Shown: positions 26,869-38,915, counted from the first letter of the stretch. The stretch is 64,000 bases of DNA from Chiloscyllium plagiosum (GCF_004010195.1 NC_057713.1:13145940-13209939), one strand, 5' to 3'. Program-made: numbers and translations. Notes: generated by a model from the sequence alone, not told the origin.

Positions 26869-27385
26869 TGTTGCTATGATCCAGTGTCACTTTGAACAGT
26901 TTAAGAATATTAAAAACATAAAAAAAGGCTTCTACAGGTAGAGAGTCCGTAACCCTTCCACAACTGCTTCTCTGCTGCCAGCACCAGACCCAACCAATGT
27001 CAAAGTCACCGCTCCTCAGGCTCCATCTTTGACTGTCACCTCTGCCAATGTAGCAGCCGATGTTGGGTCCCATGCTTACCCCTCTGCCAGCTGTCCCCTC
27101 GCCATCATTCGCCAGGGTTCCACTCCGTATGCCTCCATATCCCAGGCCCCAAGGTAGCTGCCTTCCTACTGCCTTCCTTGTCGATACTGTCGCCACGGAT
27201 ACCGCCATGACTGAGCTCTCCCCAGGAGGTAAGTAGAAGCAAAAACTAAAAGGAAAAAAAGACAAGAAGGAAAAAACAGGTAAGTGAGCTGAGTGGGTGA
27301 GCCTGGGGCTCAGGAGCCTGGTTACTGCCTTCGCAGCCACCATCTTGAATATGGAGCAGCAGAAGTAGGCCATTCAGCCTATCAA

Positions 27386-27631
27386 TTCAGCCTGAAGAAG
27401 GCTTATGCCCGAAACGTCGATTCTCCTGTTCCTTGGATGCTGCCTGACCTGCTGCGCTTTTCCAGCAACACATTTTCAGCCCCGCATTCAGCCTATCAAG
27501 GAGGAGAAAGTGAGGACTACAGATGCTGGAGATCAGAGTCGAGCGTGTGCCTAGGGCTTATGCCCTAAACATCGATCTTCCCACTCCTTGGATGCTGCCT
27601 GATCTGTTGTGCTTTTCTAGCACCACACTCA
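27386..27631. mobile_element. Two adjacent family-A PLE pLTR fragments in one target
   Basis: CATTCAGCC(T/C)ATCAA occurs three times (27371, 27485, 27632), separating the two fragments. Confidence 0.75.
27392..27424 (+). ncRNA. Hammerhead ribozyme core (family A pLTR)
   Basis: CTGAAGA-A-GGC/TTAT/GCC-C-GAAACGTCGA; one G shorter in stem II than sister copies. Confidence 0.55.
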
Positions 27632-27689
27632 CATTCAGCCCATCAAGTCTGTTTCATTATTCAGTTATAACAAAGTTATGTTCATTTAG

Positions 27690-28110
27690 TTGATTTGATT
27701 TGATTTATTATTGTCACATGTACCGAGATACTGTGAAAAGTATTGTTCTGCATGCTAACCAGACAAATTGTATCTTAAATAAGTACGTCATGGTAATAGA
27801 ACAGAATGCAGACACTGTTGCAGCCACAGAGAAGGTGCAGAGAAAGATCAACTCTAATTATGAGAGGCCCATTCCTAAGTCTGATAACAGCGGGGAAGAA
27901 GCTGCTCTTAAATCTGTTGGTATGTGTTTTCAATCTTTTGATTCTTCTGCCCGATGCAAGAGAGTATAACCACAGTGGGGGAGGGTTTATTATGTTGGTT
28001 GCTATCCAAGACAGTGGGATGTAAAGACAGAGTTAATGGATAGGAGGTTAGTTTGCGTGATGGACTGGCCGCGTTCACAACTCTTGTAATTTCTTGCACT
28101 CTTGGGCAGA
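27690..28110 (-). mobile_element. LINE 3' end with (AATCA)n tail (Rex/Babar-like)
   Basis: TTGATTTGATTTGATTTATTATTGTCACATGTACC; a related short copy lies near 53530-53580. Confidence 0.45.
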
Positions 28111-29514
28111 GCATTCCAAATTATGAAGACAGACTGGAATAGATGGTGTTGTTTTCCTTGGAGCATGGGGGACTGAGTGAGGGACATGATTGTGATGTAT
28201 AAAAGTATGATAGCGTAGGCAGGGAGGAAGTGTTTCCTTTGGTAGAATCATCAATGACTGGTGGCATAAATTTAAGGTAAGTGGCAGGAAATTTAGAGAG
28301 GATGTGAGGTTGTTTTCCTCACCCAGGGAGTGATGGGAATCTGGAATTCATAGCCTGGAAGGCTGGTAGATGCACCTTGTCACCAGCTTCTCCAGGGTGA
28401 TTAGGGATGGGCAATAAATACTGCTCCAGCTAGCAACATCGACATCACAGCAGTGAATTGTCAAAGACACATTAAGGGAATGGAGGAAGTGCTATCATGA
28501 GAATTAATAACAGAGTTTGACCAGTAGTTACGGCATACGGCAGACCCTTGACAAGCCAGCATGCCTCCTTCTCTGATATAATGGTGGTGGGAGAACCTGT
28601 TGATAAAGGAGGTTGTCAGTAACAAATTTTGTTTGACTCTAAGTCCTCCACAATCCTGACTAGAACCCCCATGATGCTGCAGTCTAACCCAGCCGAGAAT
28701 CTGTCAAAAGTTCAAAACACCATCAAGTCTTGCCTAAAGCAAGATGTCCTTTATAGACTTCAGACATTCAAATTAAATAGGATTGAGAAAGGAACTAAAA
28801 CGTTTGGATGCTCAAACACTAAAGTTACCAATCTTTAAGCATGCATTATAATCTAGATTGGATTATCCCATTGCAGAGTGATCACACCCAAAGGCCGATT
28901 GGCCATTGGTGACCCAATGGAGCAGCTCTATAACAAAATCAAAATAATGCAGGCGTTGGAAACCTGAGAGAAAAAAAACAGTAAATGATAGCAAAGAGTG
29001 GGCCTGATTAGACATTGAAAAGGAAATTTACACACGGAGGTAGAGGTGTTAAATTAATACTTACAAAACAGGAGGGTGCTGCCCAGACCATAGTGTTAAA
29101 GAAGAAAACTCTGTCATTAAAAGAGTACAAAATTAAGAAGGATAAATTCTTGGATAAGTTATTAGCATTTCCAGTCGACAAAGCGCTGAGGCCAGATGAG
29201 ATGCATCCAAGGATTTTGAAGGGAGTAAGGATGAAAATTACTCTGGCCATAATCTTTCAGTCTTCCCTGCAGTAGGGGGAGGTGCCAGAAGATTAGAGAA
29301 TTGCAAACATCACAGCTTTGTTCAGGAAAGGTTAGAAGGATTAACCCAGCATTTCCAGAGAGTTAGCTTAAACTCAATAGTGGAGAAAGTTTTGGGAACA
29401 TTTATTCGAGATAGAATTATTTACCACATGAGAAAGATGGGATGCTTAATAAAAGTCAGTACAGGAGAAAACATGTTTAACAAACTTGCTGAATTTTTTG
29501 AGAGGTAACATTAA

Positions 29515-29957
29515 CGTTAATCATCAACTCTACCTGGAAGACCATCAGCTTGGTGAAAGACGCTTTTTGGTCTGCCTGAAACTTGTTGGTCTTTCAGTGC
29601 AAAGAGGTGACCTTGGCTTAGTGTTGCAGACTGGCACATTCCAAGCTCCAAGACTACGTGTGAGGGCTGCACTAAAGCTTGGGATGGCTGGCACCAAGGT
29701 GTATTGGGGAAAGACCACCATCGGAGGTTTTTCTGCTGAAGCACAATGGGAATCTGTTCAGTTATCACACCCTCTTGGAGCCTCAAATGTATGTAAATAT
29801 TGTTCTGCTTAAGTAAGAAATAACTTGGTGTTTTACTTTTGAAACTGCAGCCAAATTCCAACGCTTGTTCTTCATGTGAAAAGACTGTACAGAACTGCTT
29901 CTGTAACTGTGTACATAATTTTTTTATGAATGAAGTATATTTTTGTAATACAAAAAA
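29515..29957 (+). mobile_element. L1/Tx1-like LINE 3' fragment
   Basis: Decayed VKDAFWSA.NLLVFQ..CRLAHSKLQDYV..ALKLG, ending in an A-rich tail. Confidence 0.55.
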
Positions 29958-30442
29958 GGAAGCAGCAATGACAGTAACATTGTTGTTTGGTGTACATGGA
30001 TTGATACAATGCCAGACTTGAGAAAAAGTATAAAATGGATAGTAGCAATGTGGATACAAAATTGGCTGAGTGATAAATAACAGAGAGCAATGGTCAATGG
30101 ATATTTTTCATGCTGGAGGAGGTTTGTAGTGGAGTCCTTCAAAGATTGGTATTGGGACGCTTGCTTTCCCTGATATATATATTAATGATCTGGATCTTGG
30201 TGTGCAGGGGATAACTTCAAAGTATGCAAATGACACTAAACTTGGAAAAATAGCAAACTGTGAGGATTATGGAACTCTGAAAGGTCATTGACAAGTTATT
30301 GAAATTGACGAATAGGTGGCAGCTGAGGTTAATTCAAAAAAGTGTTCGGTGATGCTGTTTGGTTGAAAAAACTTTGAAAGATAACAGAAAATAGGAGGTA
30401 CAATTCTAAGGGTTTGCAGGAGTGGAGGGTCCTGAGTATAAG

Positions 30443-31966
30443 TAGAACATAGAACGTAGAACATAGAACATTACAGCGCAGTACAGGCCCTTCGGCCCTC
30501 GATGTTGCACTGAACTGTGAAACCAATCTGAAGCCCATCTAACCTACACTATTCCATTTTTGTCCATATGCCAATCCAATGACCATTTAAATGCCCTTAA
30601 AGTTGGCGAGTCTACTACTGTTGCAGGTGCCCTTAAAGTTGGCGAGTCTACTACTGTTGCAGGCAGTGTGTTCCATGCCCCTGCTACTCTTTGAGTAAAG
30701 AAACTATCTCTGACATCTGTCCTATATCTATCACCCCTCAATTTAAAGCTATGTCCCCTCGTGCTAGCCAGCACCATCCAAGGAAAAAGGCTCTCATTGT
30801 CCACCCTATCTAACCCTCTGATTATCTTACATGTCTCGATTAAGTCAGCTCTCAACCTTCTTCTCTCCAATAAAAACAGCCTCAAGTCCCTCAGCGGTTG
30901 CTCATAAGACTTCCCTCCATACCAGGCAACATCCTAGTAAACCTCCTCTGAACCCTTTCCAAAGTTTCCACATCCTTCCTACAATGTAGTGACCAGAACT
31001 GTACGCAGTACTCCAGATGCGGCTGCACCTGAGTCTTGTACAGTTGCAGCATGACTCATGGTTCCGAAACTCAATCCGTCTAATAAAAACCTATTAGCAC
31101 AACCTATCCTTCGCAAAACTGTGTTGACTATCCCTAACCAACTTGTTCCTTTCTAGATGATTATAAATCATACCTCTTATAACCTTATCCACAACCAAAG
31201 TAAGGCTCACAGGTCTTGATCAAGACGACAACATTTGCTATCTTCCAATCTTTTGGCATTATTCCTGTAGACAATAATGACATAAAGATCAAAACCAAAG
31301 GCTCTGCAATCTCCTCCCTGGCTTCCCAGAGAATCCTAGGATAAAAACCATCTGGCCCGGGGGACTTAACTATTTTTACACTTTCCAGAATTGTTAACAA
31401 CTCCTCCTTGTGAACCTCAATCCCATCTAGTCTAGTAGCCTCTTTCCCAGTTTTCTCCTCAACAATATTGTCTTTTTCTAGTGTGAATACTGACGAAAAG
31501 TTTCATTTAGCACTTCCTCTATCTCCTCTGACTCCACGCACAACTTCCCGCTACTATCCTTTATTGACCCTAATCTTACTTTAGCCATTCTTTTATTCCT
31601 GATACACTTATAGAAAGTCTTAAGAGTTTCCTTGATCCTATCCACCAGCAACTTTTCATGTCCCCTCCTGGCTCTTCTTAACTCTTTCTTTAGGTCTTTC
31701 TTGGCTAACCTGTAACTCTCAAGAATCCTAACTGAGCCTTCATGTCTCATTCTAACATAAACCTTCTTCTTCCTCTTGACAAGAGATTCAACTTCCTTAG
31801 TAAACCATGACTCCTACACCCAACAACTTCCTCCCTGCCTGACAGGTACATACTTATCAAGGACACCCAGTAGCTGTTCCTTGCATAAGCTCTACATTTC
31901 AATTGTGCCCATCCCCTGCAGTTTCCTTCCCCATCTTATGCATCCTAAATCTTGCTTAATCGCATA
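30443..31966 (-). mobile_element. CR1 LINE (second subfamily, (TTCTA/TGTTCTA)n tail), internally deleted and nested in an older plus-strand CR1
   Basis: KSPGPDGFYPRILWEAREEI, ERRRLRADLIE, FFTQRV; tail AGAACATAGAAC. Confidence 0.88.
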
Positions 31967-32219
31967 GTTCACATATCATTGCAGATGGCTGGTCAAGTGA
32001 AGAAAGCATTTACTAAACCATAGAGCCTTTGGCTTTAGTAACAAGGGCATAGAGTACAAAAGCAAGAAGGTTATGTTAAACTTGCACAGATCACTTAGAT
32101 GGTGCATTATGTACAGTTGTGGATGCCATATTTTAGGAAAGATGTGAAAGCATTGGAGACAGTACAGAAGCAGTTGACAAGAATGGTTTCAGAAATTAGG
32201 AACTTCAGTTACGAGAATA

Positions 32220-32545
32220 GATTAGAATTAGAATCCCTATAGTATGGAAACAGGGGCTTTGGCCCAACAAGTCCACACCAACCCTCCAAAGAGTAACCCA
32301 CCCAGAATCATTCCCATACCTTATATTTAGCCCTGACTAATGCACCTAATACTATGGGTGACTTAGCATGGCCAATTCACCTGACCAGCACATCTTTGGA
32401 TTGTGGGAGGAAACCGGAGCACCTGGAGGAAACCCATGCAGACATGGGGAAAATGTGCAAACTCCACACAGATAGTCGTCCAAGGTGGGAATCAAACCTG
32501 GGTCCCGGGCGCTGTGTGGCAGCAGTGCTTACCACTGAGCCACCT
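32220..32545 (-). mobile_element. HE1-type V-SINE
   Basis: Same family. Confidence 0.83.
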
Positions 32546-32627
32546 TGTTCTCGTTGGAAAGAAGGCTAAAAGGAGATTTGATTGGCGTTTTCAAAATCTC
32601 TAGCAGGAGGGGCATAGACAGTTAGAA

Positions 32628-33092
32628 GCTCTACTCAGTCTTCCTGGTGACAGGGGACTCTGCTCAGTCCTCCCACTGACAAGGGGGCGCTGTTTTGTCC
32701 TCCCTCTTAGGGGGAATGGAGGGAATGGAATGTTTGGTCCTCCCGCGGAGAGAGGGCGCTGTTTAATCTTCCCAGTGACAAGGGGCTCTGTGGGTCCTCC
32801 CACTGACAGGGGGAGTTGCTCGGTCCTCCTGCTGACAGGGGGCGCTGCTCAGACCTCCCGGTAACACGGGGCGCTGCTCGGTCCTCCCGGTGACAGAGGG
32901 AGCTGCTCGGACCTCCCACTGACAAGGGGCGCTGCTCGGACCTCCCGGTGACGTGGGAGCTGATCGGACCTCCCGCTGACAGGGAGAGCTGCTCGGACCT
33001 CCCGGTGACGTGGGAGCTGATCGGTCCTGAATTGCTCGTCTCCCGCTGACAGGGGGAGCTGCTCGGACCTCCCGGTGACAGGGGGCGCTCGA
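32628..33092. repeat. GC-rich minisatellite, ~29-bp unit (GCTGCTCGGACCTCCCGGTGACAGGGGGC), roughly 14-15 degenerate copies
   Basis: Tandem units directly visible; they explain the repetitive minus-strand ORFs at 32707-33206. Confidence 0.92.
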
Positions 33093-33360
33093 TGTCTGCC
33101 AACGGCGGCATTCATCTTTGAGCTTGATGATTGAGTAAGATCCGCATCTCATTGAGAGTAACGGACGGCAGTTATGGACATGCCGCCTGTACACAGGTGC
33201 ATGCAAGTGAGTGAAGTCCGGGGAGTTTCCTAAACGGACAGCCGGGTCTCCGTGCCTCCCCCCCCCGGCGGTATGACTCTGTATTGGCCGAGGCCTGAGA
33301 TCCGCTGAGTGGCCCAGGGCTATACTCCCGAAAAGGGGCCACTTGGCCTAGACCTGATGG
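32740..33360 (+). promoter_or_regulatory. CpG-island-like promoter / exon 1 region of the CEP290-like gene
   Basis: High CpG density relative to the CpG-depleted background; overlaps the predicted first exon. Confidence 0.55.
33174..33206 (+). CDS. Unnamed coiled-coil / CEP290-C-terminus-like gene, probable coding exon 1 (MDMPPVHRCMQ)
   Basis: ATG in strong Kozak context (GTTATGG), in-frame TAA upstream at 33159, CAA|GTGAGT donor, phase 0 matching exon 2. Lies in the most CpG-rich part of the window. Confidence 0.6.
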
Positions 33361-34544
33361 CAACTACTGTGGAATTTTATTTTTAAAATAACGTCTTTAT
33401 AAAAGTCACAGTAAGGATGTCCTAATGGCATTATCGTTTAATTATAAATCTAGAGCCCTGTTAATATTCTGGGGGGACAGTGGTTCATATCCCTCAATCT
33501 CAAATAGTGGAATTTCATTCAATAAATATCAGGAATTCCCATGAAACCAATGTCGGAAACTCCAACTACTTTGTTAATGTCCTTCAGGGAGGGCTTCGGA
33601 CCCCTAGCAATGTGATTGACAGTTAACTGCCGGCTGGGTAGTTAGGGATGGCTAATAAGTACTGGCTTGGCCAGTGATGTTGACATCCTGTGAACGGATT
33701 TTACAAAAATCGGTGTGTTTTAAAAGAACTGCGGACGCTGGAAGTTAGAGACAAACACAGAAACTGCTGGAAAATTCTCAGCAGGTCTGGCAGCATCTGT
33801 GGAGAGATATCAGAGTTAACGTTTGGGTCATGTTCTGAAGAAGGATCGCTGGACCGAAAATGTTAACTTATGCTTATCAGTATATTCTTGGATTCAAAGT
33901 GGTGGACAGTACCTCAATAATTACTGCAGTTTGTTTTCTCCAGCTCCTTCTACTGTTTGTACTTGGTGTCCACATCTGCTGGAGGTGCTCAGAATAGTTG
34001 CAGATCTTTCTGTGGTTTATGTGTTCTTAGGCAGGACAGTGCTGCCTGTCTGTGGGATTATTACATTATTTTCCCAGAGTTTTCATTTGTAAATTTTAAA
34101 ACTGAACCTTTTTATCTTTAGGCTTGATTAAGTGGCAGAATGTTAAAACATTACTGTTGAGAAATGGTGGTGGAGAAAGACAAAATATAAATCTTGTTGA
34201 TCACTGCTGAATTGTCAACTGTAGAAGGCTTGGAAAAGTTGAGGTGTCACAGGAGCACTGCAACACATTTCCAATGTGTTGGCTCCAGGTCTCATTGATG
34301 GAGGGAGGCTAAAGATTAGACTTGTCTGTGATCTCAGAGTCAGGATGTAGCTTGGGAACAAATGTAGGTTAAGAAATAAAATAGGGTTTCATATCACCAA
34401 ACAAGAAATTTGTAAGCGTATTGTTGGCAAACTCAGATTCCTTTCCCAAGTAATAGATGGGACGTTACAAAGACATCATTCAAAGGAGGTTTTAGCTGTG
34501 CTGTATGTGATTTGTACTAACCCTATTTCCATGTTTTCCTGTAG

Positions 34545-34684
34545 CTTTTTGCTGAAAACGAGCATATACAAAGAAAGTTGAAGAAACTTCGGCTGAAAAA
34601 TGAACAATTGGAACGCGAGCTTTCAGAAGTCCAGGGAAAGCTGCAAATGCAACAGCTGATGAGGGACTTTGTAACTACCAGAGA
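34545..34684 (+). CDS. CEP290-like gene exon 2 (LFAENEHIQRKLKKLRLKNEQLERELSEVQGKLQMQQLMRDFVTTR..)
   Basis: Branch point TACTAAC plus ttttcctgtag acceptor, GA|GTAATT donor, 140 nt. Heptad-rich helix. Confidence 0.85.
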
Positions 34685-35729
34685 GTAATTAGCTTTTATT
34701 GCATACTGTAGGAGTCCTTAAGCACTGCTACATTATTATATCTATCTGTGTATAAAACAACTCACAAATATTACAACAGCAAAATTCCATTCGGAGAAAG
34801 AAAGAAAATTGAAGCCTGCTGGACAAGATGCTGGCCATATTCTAAAACTCACAATTACCAAACTTGGGTGTGTGGTAGCATGATGATTATGTTACTGGAC
34901 TAGTGATTCAGAGACTGGCTAATGAGCTGGGAACTTAACTTCAAATCCAACCAGTGTAGCTTCGGAATTTAAATTCAATTAATTAAATATATTTGGGAAT
35001 AAAATGTGCTACCAGTAATGGTGACCAATTAAAGTTCATCTGACTCACTTATGTCTTTTAAGGAAGGAAATCTGTCATCCTGTCTGGCCTGTCCATGTGA
35101 GACTTCAGGACCATAGTACTGTAATACGGCAGACTTGTAACTGCTTTGTGAAATTGTCAATCAGATCATTCGGTTGTATTCAGCAAGGTGGCCTCTCTCC
35201 ACCATGCTGTCAAGAGTAGTTTTGTTGTACATGTTGGCTTTGCCAGTGTGTCCATAGCCACTGAATAAATTTTTACAACCTCTTGAGTTGTTTGTTGGCT
35301 CGATTAACCAGCTTTTTTAATTGTATCCCATGCTTTCAAAACCTTGGTTTGTTTAAATGACATTTTGTTGACATCATCTCTAATCTAAAAGTTAAAATAA
35401 TTCTATTGTTTGCAATTAATGTTGTGCAGCAACTGCCTTTTAAAATGGTTTCAACCATTTTGTGAAATTGACAAGTAGTGAAATAAAGAGTCTGCTCTCA
35501 GCATTTTATTTGCCCGATATAATAGGAATAGACTAGGAATTAATATCTGTGCAGGAATTGGAGGATATACCACTGAAGTCTGCATCTGTGCATGAGCTGT
35601 TCTTTATTTACAAAGTGTTAATGCAAAAAAGCTGCGAACATATTAGTTCTAACCCTTGTTGGATTTAATTGGAATGATGTAGAAGATACTACAAAACAAA
35701 TACTAACCATCACCGTTGTGTTTTCCAAG

Positions 35730-35813
35730 TGCTCAAATACAAACAGAACCACAACCATGGCACAAAGGAGGTGTTAAAGAAGGCAGTGTTTCAAAGGCAG
35801 ATGAAAGGAGCAA
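35730..35813 (+). CDS. CEP290-like gene exon 3 (DAQIQTEPQPWHKGGVKEGSVSKADERSN)
   Basis: TACTAAC at 35701, ttttccaag acceptor, AA|GTAAGT donor, 84 nt, phase 2/2, open in frame. Confidence 0.78.
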
Positions 35814-36689
35814 GTAAGTATCTTCATTGCCGTTTTCAAAAATATTTGTGTATTGAGCAGAACGAGGCAACCAAACCTTGCCTTAATTTAGAGTGAATGA
35901 AGGATAAGTGATCTAAGAGGCCAGAAATAGTTTTTGCTTTAAAGAAGATAGATGCATACAGGGTTATAATAATTATTCAGGCCAGCATTTCCTTTACTTG
36001 CCCCCACCAGAACCGTTACTTTGTCCCCAGCAACCTTGGAAGAAATAGTATAAATTAAATATTTGTGTAAAATACAGTGATAATTTGTTCTGCACTGGTC
36101 TGCAAGAGACTTTTGAGGCAGACGCCAAACCTTGGAGGAATTAAAGTTGATTGTCACAAAATAAATGCAAATAATCTCGATCCATATGAAGTCCACAGTG
36201 AGTAGGTACTTAGTTTCATACAAATAGTAATTAAGAAAGGCGATGGTTACATTTAATATCTGCATAAATGTAAAGCAGGCAACATATTGGTTGGGTACTG
36301 AAAGTGAGTTGCATTTATCAAGACTGTTTGTGGATTTGGGTGTCTGAAGTCAACATTTTCTACAAATTGAAAAGTCTTCTTTAGAAATGTTTCGACAATG
36401 ATGTGCAATATAATTTATGTTATAGCTTGCTAATGCAGTTTCTATGCCTTGTCAAAAATTGTCAAATAAATATGCAATCATAATCAGAGAAATTGTTGGT
36501 TAGATCTCGGAGTTATGTCTTTGAACTCAGTTCGAATATTTTTCCACCAACAAGTAAATTCTTAAGAATTCTATATGTAACCTGGCTTTTAATCTCATTT
36601 TTAAATCCAACAAGGTCACATCGGAATGGAACCTGGAAGCTCCTAGTTTCCGGTCTGTAATTCCCCCCCCCAAACCAGTGTCTGCCCTG

Positions 36690-37005
36690 CCATCGTCCTG
36701 GTATTGNNCTGTCACCCCACCCCCCCCCGATATCCGCCATCCCCTCAGTGTCCACCCCGTCAGACTCCCCAGGATCCACCCTGTAATTTCCCTCTCCCCC
36801 ATGACTGTCCATCATTCTCCTAGTATCTGTTCCATGATCTGCCTGGTACCCGCCCAATGCTGCAATCACCCTGGTATCCACCCTTTCCTTCCCCCCAGTG
36901 TCCGCTCCATCATCCTCCTGGCCCCCCACCCCCCAGTATCCACCCTGTCATCCCAATGGTTATTCACCCTGTCATCCACCCGGTTTCTGCCCTGTCATCC
37001 CCCAG
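36690..37005. repeat. C-rich degenerate tandem repeat (ATCCACCCTGTC motif)
   Basis: Repeated (G/A)TCCACCC(T/C)GT units. Confidence 0.55.
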
Positions 37006-37664
37006 GATGAAGGGTTACTCCAGTAACCTTTGCATGAAACACCAATCAACCTTTTGCTTTCCTAATTCCTTGCTATACCTACATATAACTTTGTGATTCA
37101 TGTACCAAGATCCCCAGATGTCCCTGACCCACAAGGTTTGCAAAATCTCTTTTGATTTCAGTCGTATTTTGCTTTTGTATGTTTTGTGCAAAATGGAGCA
37201 GCTCATATATTCCCATATGATTCACCATCTGTATTTTCTCCCCCACTGACTTAATCTGTCTATATCTGTTTGCAGACTCTCTACCTCCTCTGGGCTACCT
37301 ATCTTGGTATTGTTGTCAAAGATACACCTTTTGGTCTGCTTTTTTTTATTCATTCACGTGATGACGGTGTTGTTGGCTAGGCCAACATTTAGTGCCCCAT
37401 TCCTAACTGGCCCACATGTAGGCCAGACCAGATAAGGACAGCAGATTTCCTTCCTTAAAGGACATTAATGATTCAGATGGGTTTTTCCAGCAATCAACAA
37501 TGGATTCATGGTCATAGAGATGTACAGCATGCAATCAAACCTGTTGGTCCAACTTGTCCATGCTGATCAGATATCCTAAACTAATCTAGTCCCATTTGGC
37601 CCATATCCCTCTAACCTTTCCGATTCATATACCGATCCAGATTTCTTTCACATATTGTAATTGT

Positions 37665-37858
37665 CAAAAGGTGTGGTGCTGGAAAAGCACAGCCGGTCAG
37701 GCAGCATCCAAGGAGCAGGTGAGTCGATGTTTTGAGCACAGTTTATGCTCAAAACATCAACTCTCCTGCTGCTTGGATGCTGCCTGACCGCCTGTGCTTT
37801 TCCAGCACCACACGTTTCGACTCTGATCTCCAGCATCTGCATTCCTCACTTTCTCCCA
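37665..37858. mobile_element. Fold-back PLE pLTR element, family A, nested in a CR1 tail
   Basis: Arms meet at TTTTGAGCA-cagttta-TGCTCAAAA; tail present. Confidence 0.8.
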
Positions 37859-38821
37859 CAAGTTATAATTGTACCAACCTGCACCACTTCCTCCACGTGA
37901 AAGAGTTGTTCTCATCATTTGACTCTTAATTCCAGATTTTAAAAAAAATTGAATTCAAGTTTCACCATCTACTGTGGCAGGATTTGAACCCAGGTCCCTA
38001 GACATTACCTAGCTCTGTGGATTAACAGTCCAGTGATAATACCACTAGGCCATTGCCACTCCTAATCCAAGACATTGATATTGGTTGAAAGTTGTTGATA
38101 CTCCATTGATCTTTATGGCATTCCATTAGTTACAGCTTGCAAAGTGAAAAAGGAAATTTCCCTCTACCGTCTGCTTCCTTTTAGCTAACCAGTCTTTGAT
38201 CCATGGTGATGTCTTAGCCATTACACCATGTGATGTTGCACCTTAGCAAATACCATTTTAACATCCAAATGCACCACCTTTTCTGGTTATGTGCCTTGCT
38301 GGCTACTTTCTTAGCCACGTTTATGTTATGCCCCGATGTTTTTTCAAGTTGACTTTTTATTTTAAGCATTTTAGTATGCAGAAGTAAATTGTACTGTGTA
38401 GTCTCTAATTATTGTCCTATATATAACTGCCTTGAAGAGCACTGACTTCTTTAGGGAACTACAGCAGCAACCGTTCTATGCCATGGGCATTTCAAAAGCA
38501 GCAGCAAGGTGTCGGATGAATGATTTGTTTTTTCTCCTGATGATTGAGCACGGTAGGTCAGGGTGGCCAGTAAGTTACTAACTGTATCAATGTGTCACAG
38601 CACCTTTAGGATGTCCCAAACTACGGGAGCACTCATGGTCGATTTAAATTTGTAAAATCTTTCAGTTTGTTGGGTATTCACTTCTCTCCTGTTACTCCAA
38701 TCCTGTGTAACCTGTATGTGACATCAGTTTCATTTTACATGGTTCAATCTTAATGCCTCGAGGAATGTGTTATTTCAGAAATAACGATACTGGACTAAAT
38801 ATCATGTCTTTGTTTAAAAAG

Positions 38822-38915
38822 TCGACTGCTACAGATGTATAACGCTCTACAGAAACGCTATGAAAAAGAAATTAAAACCAACAAGGAGCAGAGTGAAATC
38901 ATCTCTAATCTCACT
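38822..38915 (+). CDS. CEP290-like gene exon 4 (RLLQMYNALQKRYEKEIKTNKEQSEIISNLT)
   Basis: AG acceptor at 38820-38821 (weak, aaaaag), ACT|GTGAGT donor, 94 nt, phase 2/0. Confidence 0.8.

Larger units (their letters stand above)
29100..32620 (+). mobile_element. Old CR1 LINE interrupted by Tx1-like, CR1 and HE1 insertions
   Basis: DKALRPDEMHPRILK; RT remnants resume at 30020-30440 and 31967-32220. Confidence 0.7.

Noticed and set aside
26252-27373. Long ORFs of 205-336 aa
   Set aside because: Artefacts of reading through the 500-N gap.
32707-33206. Repetitive minus-strand ORFs, and a CRISPR-like look of the 29-bp repeats
   Set aside because: They are translations of a minisatellite. Units are contiguous with no unique spacers, there are no cas genes, and the DNA is eukaryotic.
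33357-33416. Alternative first exon (ATG at 33357, GTAAGG donor at 33411)
   Set aside because: An in-frame TAA follows after 9 codons; the 33174-33206 exon fits better.
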